Source: Hemiscyllium ocellatum | Taxonomy: Eukaryota | NCBI RefSeq assembly: GCF_020745735.1 | Contig: NC_083421.1 | Location: 23,365,001 to 23,429,000, forward strand | DNA: 64,000 nucleotides | Direction of reading: 5' to 3' | In this document: positions 58,101-64,000 of the stretch, one piece after another | How positions within the stretch are numbered: position 1 is the stretch's first letter | Layout: every line of letters begins with the position of its first letter | Notes under the pieces: generated by a model | What the model saw: the letters and a program-made list of their open reading frames with translations, nothing else | What the model was told of the DNA's origin: nothing | Databases searched by the model: none | Program-made: the position numbers and the translations under genes

Positions 58101-61100
58101 GAGTTGGCATGGAGAGGGAAGGGCAAAAGATGGTGGGAGATCAGTGGCTCTGAATTAGGATAGGGGCTATAATGGGACATAGGGATGATTTGGGGCATAT
58201 GAGACAAGAAAGGCCGTGGGAAATGGGTAGATGGTGATGGCGTTGAGTGATGCAGGCACTATGAGAGTTTGGAGAGTGGCTGTAGGGATATATGTTGATA
58301 AGAAGGGTGCATTGAGAGTGAAGGGAGTGAGGAGGTGGGAGCAGGAAAGATGTTTTCCATTTAGGAACTGGTCTGCCTCTTCGAGTATCTTTCCTGTTCA
58401 CCCAATACCCCTTCCTCAAAATGAAAGTATGAAATGCAAGCAATCATTTTTAACAGTCAGGAGTGAAAAGTGAGGATTTTCCCCAAACCAGCGAGAAAAA
58501 TCACGGCAGATGAGTCTAAGGTGGCTTTTGAACATAGTGTTATTTCAGAATCTGCTCAACTGCACGGTTACTATAGTGAGCAAAGACACAAGAGACCCAC
58601 AGTGTTTACAAGGACAGCAAGAGAATGAGAAAGACTGTCTGGGAACTAACCTAGACCAACTTGTTCAATGAATCCAATGTTCAACTTGTTCCAAACCCAG
58701 CCCTCTACCCTATCTCTGTAACTCCACATTTCCCAGGGTCAATCCAACCAGCCTGCACACTATCAGCAATTTATCATGGCCAATCCAACTAGCCTGCACA
58801 TCTTTGGACTGTGGGAGGAAACCAGAGCACCCAGAGGAAACCCACACAGACACAGAGTGAATATCTAAACTACACACAGATTGTCACCCAAGGCTGGTGA
58901 CAGGTCTCTGGCACAGTGAGAAAGCAATGCTGACCACTGAACTGTTGTGTTGCCTTGATCAGAGCTGTCAGCTAAAGCACTAACCGTAAAAGTAATTCAG
59001 TCACTTGACTGAGATTCATTAATCGGCATTAAGCACATTGCCCTGCAGTGGTCATATTTTTCTCTAACACAGCAATATTTCACTCTCACAATGTCATGCA
59101 TGATCCAGGCTTGCTTTTTCTACATTACCTCTGGTTTGGTCTAGCCAACTCTAGTAAATGTTTTTTGCCCTTTGTTGTATCTCTCCATTCCTTGAGGAGC
59201 TGCTGTTGTCTGGCAAGGAAGGTGTATGGTTGCCCACCAGTCGGGACATAGTCTTTTGCCTTCTTTTTCTGAGAAGAGAATTAATCGTTATAACCTTCAA
59301 TTCTTGCCATGTAGCCCCTCCATCTACCTTTGGAAAGCAGTGCCCCTCCAGTAGCCACATTTGAAAGACTAGACATGAACTCAGGTGCCAAGAGCCGGCA
59401 AGTGGAACTAGTTTAGTTTGGGATTATGTTCGGCATGACTGGTTGGACTGAAACAACAGTTTCTGTGCCATATGACTTAGGCAGGCCATAAGCAATCTCA
59501 GGGGAGGATGTCAGGACAGAAGATTTCTGTCAACCCTGGAGGATTGCAGCATTGTACCACAAGGAACTGTCAAATTGTGACACTTAAGAGGCAACCAGAG
59601 AAGTAACATGTTGGGATACAGAATAAAATCTGAGCCTTTGCTGTTTGTAACATTAATGGAAGGATGAAGGTGACAGTCAGTATTGGGGTTAAATGAATTC
59701 CATTTGTCAGAATTGAGCAGTGTTAGGTTATTGACAAAGGAGGGGGAGGCAGTGAAGTGGAAATGGAGGTAAGCCTCTTTGGCTTGAATGCAGCAAATGG
59801 GAAAGGGGGTTAGCAGAGAAAGATAACTGGTGAACAATGGCAGACATTTATGAAGATGGTTCATGACTCTCAACAAAGGTATTTCTCAGTAAGGAAGAAG
59901 GATTTCAGGAAGGGTATACATTAACCCTGATTAATCTAGGAAGTTGAGGATGGAAACAAATTGAAAGAAAAAAAACATACAATGTGGTGAAGTTATAGTA
60001 GTAAGCTAGAAGATTAGGAGAGTTTTATAAGCCAAACAAAGACCAAAAATAATAGAGAGAAATTTAACTTTGAGGATAAAATTACAAATAATATAAATAT
60101 GAACAGGGAGAGCTTCCTTAAATATATAAAAAAGGAAATGAGAGGCTAAAGTGAACATAAGCCCCTTAAAGGATGAGGCTGGAAAAATAATAATGGAAAA
60201 ATAATAATGGTTAACCATAAAATGACAGAGAAGTTGAATGAATATTTTGCATCCATCTTCACTCTACAGGACATTAATGGAATTCCAAAAATACCCTATC
60301 AAGGGGCACAGGATGGTGAGGAAAATGCAGAATAAATATTATTCCATAAGAAGTACTAGGGAAACTAATGGGGCTAAGACTGATAAACCCCGGACCTGAT
60401 GGGATGCTTCTAAGTTAATAAAGGATGCAGGAACATAGATAGCGGAGGGATCCTTAGAATCTGAGAACTCTTAGATTTAAAAAGTTCCTGGACAAAGTAC
60501 AAATAATATTAACTAGTTGGCTTAACTGGGCATATAATATAAAGAATTTTTTAAATTAGATTCCCTACAGCATGAAAACAGGCCCTTTAGCCCAACAAGT
60601 CCACACCAACCCTCTGAACAGTAAACCACCCAGACCTATTCCCCTACCCTATATTTACCCTGACTACGGGCAATTTAGCATGGCCAATTCTCCTACCCTG
60701 CACATCTTTGGATTGTGGGAGGAAACCGGAACACCCGGAGAAAATCCATGCAGACACAGGGAGAATGTGCACACTCCACACAGACAGTCACCCGAGGTGG
60801 GAATCAAACCCGGGTCCCTGGTGCTGTGAGGCAACAGTGCTAGCCACTGAGCCGGATTTGGTAGCAGAACTTCTGGAAATGTGTAATAATACAAATGGCC
60901 TCATACCTGACATTTACTAGAATTCTTTTGGGATAGTTTGGATTTCCAAGAGGTGTTCGAGAAGGTACTGCATATAACACTACTTAATAAGATAAAAACA
61001 CATCCTGTTGGAGATGGTATATTTGTCTGAACAAAGGATTGACAATTAGAAGACAGAGTTGGGATAAAGGTGGCAACATATAACTAGTAGAGTACACAGG

Positions 61101-62552
61101 GATCAGTACTGGGATCACAATTATTTACAATACATACTCATGACTTGTATGAGGAAAGTGAATGAACTACAATCAAGTTCATGGATGACAAAAATAGGTG
61201 AGAAGGCAAGTATTAAGGATGACACAAAGAGTCTGTGGAGGGATATAGACAGATTAAATGAGTGGGCAAAAGACTTAGCTGATAAAATACAATGTGGGAA
61301 AGTGTAAGGTTATGCACTTTGGGCGGGAAGATTCGAGGAGATGAATACTTTTTAAATGCAGAAAGTTGCAGCAAATAGGAATTTGGGGTCGTCGCACATG
61401 AATCACAAAAAAGCTAGCTTCCAAGCTCAGATGGTAAAAGGGATGGCAATTGGAACATGGAATTTTACATAAAGAGAATGGAGTAGAAAAATAGGGAAGC
61501 CTTGCTAAAATTATACAAGGCATTTGTCAGAGCTGTGAACAGTTTTGGTCCCTTTAATTAAGGAAACATTGGAGACAGTCCAGAAAAGGTTCATTAAATG
61601 GACTCCAGGTGGGAGAGAGATTCTGAGGAGAGGTTGAATAGTTTGGGCCTGCTCTCAATGGAATTTAGAAGGATGAAAAGCGATGTTAGTGAAATATATA
61701 AGATTCATAAAGGACTTGACATGGTAATTGCTGAAAGGATGGATATCCTTCTGGGAGAGTATAGAACCAGAGGGGTAATGCCTTAAGAGATAAGATAGAA
61801 TTTTTTCCCTGAGGTAGTGAATCTGTGGAATTACCACAGAGGGCTGTTAAGGCTGAGTTGTTATATTCAAGGCTGAGACAGATTTTAAACAGTGAGGGAA
61901 TCAAGGAGAATAGTAGAGTTGAGGATTATCAGATGAGCCATGATCTCATTGAATGGCAGAGCAGAGTCAATTGGCCTCGTTATGCTCCTACTGACTCGTG
62001 GCCTTAGCAAGAGGTAGCCCAGCTTTGCTTCACTTGTAGCTTTCTCAATTCTGTGTCAGAAAGCCATAGGTTCGAGTCGCGTGCCAGGGACAGGAGCCTG
62101 TTATCCACAGTGACACTTTTAATATGACACTTTCCAGGGCCTATTACAGACCCCCTTGGCTTTATTTTGAAGTAGAGGAGGACCAGTTTGCCTTGTTATC
62201 CAATATTCGTCTCTCAGCTAACATTGGTAAAACAGAATATCTGCTCATTATCACATTGCTGTTTACATGGCCTTGTCATATGGAAATTGTCTGCCGCAAT
62301 ACCTAAAATAAACACTTCATTGCTGGTAAAACCCTTTGGAATTCTCTGAGGTAATAAAGCCACTACAGAAATTCAAGTTTTTACTTAAAAAAAGGGACAG
62401 CTGCTAACCAGTTAGCCATGTTCAATGTGACTGATAAACTGCAGAGTGTGTCATGGCTGAGACTCACCGTTTTTTGACTTTGTTTCTGTTTGTCATGGGG
62501 CTGACCCTGGAATCTGAGTTCTTGGACAGTGACATGCCGTGCAGATGTGATG
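25959..62552 (-). CDS. Uncharacterised multi-exon protein (5' end outside window), >1000 aa, with C-terminal 31-aa tandem repeats
   Basis: complement(join(25959-28213,29877-29985,36850-36995,40854-40916,42965-43064,47204-47342,59129-59268,62468-62552)). Every exon is AG/GT bounded and in unique sequence; phases chain 2-0-2-0-1-1-0-1 with no internal stop. Confidence 0.8.
26190..28165 (-). repeat. Coding tandem repeat, 93 bp / 31 aa, about 21-22 copies
   Basis: GTAACTT recurs at 27441 and 27534 (period 93); unit EMGSSTVGLILSDTSHLVAEGSYQETPSTIS. Confidence 0.95.
29430..29722 (-). mobile_element. CR1 3' end fragment
   Basis: [32 protein letters not shown]. Confidence 0.88.
29877..29985 (-). 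CDS. Unknown gene, internal exon (109 nt, phase 0 to 1)
   Basis: cag|EMITEMQGSLSTAVDNQITAETDIERKFPSSKLTKP|gtaagt. Confidence 0.8.
30228..31010 (-). mobile_element. CR1 3' fragment
   Basis: ALEGVQQRHTRLIPGM..KERLTRIRLFSLEFR plus 3' tail. Confidence 0.8.
31110..31949 (-). mobile_element. Old CR1 fragment, interrupted at 31950 and resuming after 35372
   Basis: Degraded CR1 3' region; ..TGTATCCTCC and ATCCTCACAGTTTGCTTTTC.. are collinear across the insertion. Confidence 0.6.
32221..34410 (+). mobile_element. 5'-truncated CR1 LINE (~2.2 kb) with disrupted ORF2
   Basis: EDWRLANMVPLFKKGDKDKPGNYRPV..CLTNLIEFFEEV..VDVIYMDFSKA..FADD..WQMEF..KCEVLHFG; frameshifts and stops present. Confidence 0.93.
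34412..34730 (+). mobile_element. HE1/V-SINE-like element directly abutting the CR1 tail
   Basis: TGGCTCAGTGGTTAGCACTGCT..GGTTTCCTCCC..GGCCTGTTTCACACTGTAGGGATTCT. Confidence 0.85.
35432..36055 (-). mobile_element. CR1 3' fragment
   Basis: Reverse complement of 49600-50230. Confidence 0.88.
36850..36995 (-). CDS. Unknown gene, internal exon (146 nt, phase 1 to 0)
   Basis: cag|SECRPTPISSMEGEWMEQYPELFQRDLRNISAHYSNLGDNRQFTDVIP|gtgagt. Confidence 0.8.
37130..39637 (+). mobile_element. Fragmented CR1 LINE with nested Penelope-like (37345-37685, 37772-37900) and HE1-like (38517-38848, minus) insertions
   Basis: RIKENPKVFCTYV.., RDSQHGFVRGRPCFTSL.., VYIDFIKSFDKVSHGRL.., HLEYCVQFWS; collinear across the insertions. 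Confidence 0.85.
39638..40648 (+). mobile_element. Penelope-like element 3' end (family C) with CA-rich tract
   Basis: WYIGKTEQMLRQWMNGH..IGEHFS..LQGGL..RVAEQKLIAKFDTH (GIY-YIG endonuclease-like), CA-rich 39950-40230, terminus with hammerhead. Confidence 0.8.
40559..40593 (+). ncRNA. Minimal type I hammerhead motif (family C)
   Basis: CAC-CTGATGA-A-GGAG-AGGCA-CTCC-GAA-AGCT-A-GTG; stems I and II intact. Confidence 0.7.
40854..40916 (-). CDS. Unknown gene, symmetric 63-nt exon (phase 1 to 1, skippable)
   Basis: cacag|MIPEAAGSSLAQTCQERTAE|gtaatg; not required for frame continuity. Confidence 0.55.
40926..41872 (+). mobile_element. CR1 LINE 3' fragment
   Basis: KFADDTK..WSPSYRKDVVKLERVQKRFTRILPGLE..FKRHLDGYM plus tail. 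Confidence 0.9.
42670..42952 (+). mobile_element. CR1 3' end fragment
   Basis: RGHSFKILGERFRGDIRGRFFTQRVVNAWNALP. Confidence 0.85.
42965..43064 (-). CDS. Unknown gene, internal exon (100 nt, phase 0 to 1)
   Basis: ttttctttcag|FLIGKRMNIVQMEILKHHKYLDKNLFTSHKADT|gtataa. Confidence 0.75.
43103..43443 (-). mobile_element. HE1/V-SINE-like element
   Basis: Head and tail motifs. Confidence 0.82.
44035..46700 (+). mobile_element. Cluster of nested CR1 fragments; inner copy at ~45060-45853 and a Penelope-like family B insert at ~44662-44790 (minus)
   Basis: Repeated CR1 C-terminal motifs (LYKALVR.., LEYCVQFWS, WNALPA) and three separate 3' tails. Confidence 0.85.
44760..44787 (-). ncRNA. Minimal hammerhead motif (family B)
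   Basis: CTGATGA-A-GGGC-TTAT-GCCC-GAA-ACGT-C. Confidence 0.65.
47204..47342 (-). CDS. Unknown gene, internal exon (139 nt, phase 2 to 0)
   Basis: ttttttacag|VDESQDSRKLSAQVVPTPVNKKFALRSLTGKQQQVPPITRCNMDGK|gtaaga. Confidence 0.82.
48726..48760 (-). ncRNA. Minimal type I hammerhead motif (family A)
   Basis: GCA-CTGATGA-T-GTTCCCT-AGCC-AGGGAAC-GAA-ACGT-T-TGC; perfect 7-bp stem II. Confidence 0.72.
48850..48884 (+). ncRNA. Minimal type I hammerhead motif (family A)
   Basis: Identical core to 48726-48760, on the opposite strand. Confidence 0.72.
49598..50234 (+). mobile_element. Little-diverged CR1 3' fragment with open ORF2 C-terminus
   Basis: [59 protein letters not shown]. Confidence 0.93.
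50300..50785 (+). mobile_element. CR1 3' fragment
   Basis: Second copy of the same CR1 end. Confidence 0.9.
51368..53676 (-). mobile_element. Internally deleted Ty3/Gypsy-like LTR retrotransposon
   Basis: gag-like (REPGESTSGFLTRLQRL..LRDRLVCGIND..RLLAEAQL), protease-like LNGQPVPMEVNTGAAVS, start of RT (PFALWAKMEAEIRKLE..PVQFAEW); LTR end repeated at ~51368-51435 and ~52883-52950; 5' LTR interrupted by ~53015-53570. Confidence 0.78.
53146..53452 (-). mobile_element. HE1/V-SINE-like element, little diverged
   Basis: Very similar to 22436-22742; (TTAGA)n tail. Confidence 0.9.
55205..56365 (+). mobile_element. Highly degraded CR1 LINE
   Basis: VPEENRVAIVTPVFKKGSKD..NYSLVS and degenerate downstream RT sequence. 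Confidence 0.7.
57460..57904. mobile_element. Penelope-like family A remnant with short inverted 5' piece
   Basis: HEFEWDNTTIIGQAKQRTAREFLEAWHSSTDSINKHIDLDPIY; 15-bp target-site duplication ATTATATAAGTTATT (57445-57459, 57905-57919); hammerhead at 57797 degraded (GAAA to AAAA). Confidence 0.85.
58690..58953 (-). mobile_element. HE1/V-SINE-like element, partial
   Basis: V-domain GGACTGTGGGAGGAAACCAGAGCACCCAGAGGAAACCCAC. Confidence 0.8.
59129..59268 (-). CDS. Unknown gene, internal exon (140 nt, phase 0 to 2)
   Basis: ttctcttctcag|KKKAKDYVPTGGQPYTFLARQQQLLKEWRDTTKGKKHLLELARPNQ|gtaatg. Confidence 0.8.
59960..62000 (+). mobile_element. Degraded CR1 LINE with nested HE1-like SINE (60556-60853, minus)
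   Basis: LNEYFASIF.., QGSVLGSQLFTIY.., KFMDD, NLWNYH.. and 3' tail. Confidence 0.8.
62030..62385 (+). mobile_element. DeuSINE/SacSINE-like element
   Basis: B box GGTTCGAGTC, Deu-domain-like AAAACAGAATATCTGCTCATTATCACATTGCTGTTT, tail ..CTACAGAAATTCAAGTTTT. Confidence 0.65.
62468..62552 (-). CDS. Unknown gene, internal exon (85 nt, phase 2 to 0)
   Basis: aaacag|ITSARHVTVQELRFQGQPHDKQKQSQKT|gtgagt. Confidence 0.72.
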
Positions 62553-62980
62553 CTGTTTAATATCACGAGAGAACGTGTCAGTAAAAATGAAAACTGTGAC
62601 ACTACCAAAACACAAATCTTACATCGGAGATTGGATCATATGTTTCACAACTCAAACTTAACATCTACAAATAAAGTAACCACAGCCTGAGGCAATGAAA
62701 TCACTTCAAATAGCTTTCAAATCCTTTTGGTGCAGCTAATCGGAACAATTCACCACCACCCAATGCACAGTAGCACCCACCGCACCATCCACATTGCAGC
62801 AAATTGACCACAGTGCCTTCCTAATCCTTGACCCTACCATCTAGAAGGATAAAGGTGGTAGGTACTTCGGGAACACCTCACTTCCAAGGCACTCATCACC
62901 CTAAGTGGTCAAGGATCTGTGTTAGGGCTTCAGTTATTCACATGATTTATTAACAACTTGGATATTGGCACATAAAGGTC

Positions 62981-63193
62981 TTGTGCCGAAAATGTGTTGC
63001 TGGAAAAGCGCAGCAGGTCAGGCAGCATCCAAGGAACAGGAGATTCGACGTTTCGGGCATAAGCCCTTCCTGAAGAAAGGCTTATGCCCGAAACATTGAA
63101 TCTCCTGTTCCTTGGATGCTGCCTGACCTGCTGCGCTTTTCCAGCAACACATTTTCAGCTCTGATCTCCAGCATCTGCAGACCTCACTTTCTC
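62981..63193. mobile_element. Palindromic Penelope-like family B element inserted in a degraded CR1 (~62905-63700)
   Basis: Inverted arms about 80 bp; 12-bp target-site duplication CACATAAAGGTC (62969-62980, 63194-63205); hammerhead-like CTGAAGA..GAAACAT at 63070-63096. Confidence 0.82.
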
Positions 63194-64000
63194 CACATAA
63201 AGGTCATATATCCAGATTTGCTGAAATAAAGTGGATGTCCAAAGAGGCTTGGGAGTTCAGTGCATAGACATTTAAAATGCCACAAACAGGAGCAGAAGAA
63301 GTCATGAAAGCTAATGGAATGCTGGCTTTTATATCTAGAGCACTGGAACACAAGAATGAGAAGTTATGCTGCAGTTATACAAACCCTGGTTAGAACACAT
63401 TAGGAGTCCTGTGAGTAGATCTGAGCACCACATTTTGGGAAGGTTATATTGGCCTTGGAGGGAGAACTATGTAGGTTCACAATAATGATACCTGGATTTC
63501 AGGGATTACATTATAAGGAAAGATTATACAAAGTAGGTCTGGTTTTTTTTAGGATTTAGAAGGTCAATGGTGATCTGATCAAAATCTTTGAGATTGCTTT
63601 GGAAATGATGGGGTAGATAAAAATAAACGCTTTCCACTGATTGCAGATTCTAGAACTTGGAACATAGTCTGAGAATTAGGGCCGGACTGTGAAAATAATG
63701 TTTAAATACAAATAAAATGGGCCAATAAAAATAAAACACAGGAACAGAAGCAATTGAATTATTCAACCTAACTTTTGAAAGAATCTTTGCCCTAGGTGCC
63801 AGTTATGGCTGAGTTGGCTTGAATCCCGTTCCAGAGGCGAGCACCTGGGCTAGACCAGCAGAGTTCTGCAGTGTTGGAGATGCTGCTTTTTAGATGATAC
63901 AGAAAGTCTATCCTTCTCCTCAGGTGGGTTTAAAATTGACACTGTACCAAATGATCTGGTCATTGTGGGACCTATCTGTGTGCATATGGGCTGCCACATT

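Overview
Vertebrate nuclear DNA, most likely from a shark, inferred from HE1/V-SINE-like, DeuSINE-like, CR1 and Penelope repeat content. Exons were traced by hand from GT/AG sites and reading frame. Gene order: first coding exon of LRSAM1 (-), a ~1 kb bidirectional CpG-rich promoter, complete 7-exon RPL12 (+, 165 aa), convergent 4-coding-exon POLE3 (-, 151 aa), and the 3' part of an unrecognised gene (-). POLE3 has a ~2.8 kb 33-bp minisatellite in its probable 5'UTR intron. The unrecognised gene has 8 phase-consistent exons (>1000 aa in the window), and its last exon encodes about 21-22 copies of a 31-aa Ser/Thr/Glu-rich repeat. Much of the rest is decayed, often nested retroelements: CR1 LINEs, SINEs, a deleted Gypsy-like element, a probable solo LTR and Penelope-like fragments. 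The most striking hidden signal is that three different Penelope-like families each end in a minimal type I hammerhead ribozyme core with covarying stems, often in inverted pairs flanked by 11-15 bp target-site duplications. Penelope-associated hammerheads are a known class, so novelty would lie in these families and arrangements. Most ORF-track entries are repeat-derived or spurious. Repeat boundaries are approximate, and gene identities rest on recalled protein sequences, not database searches.
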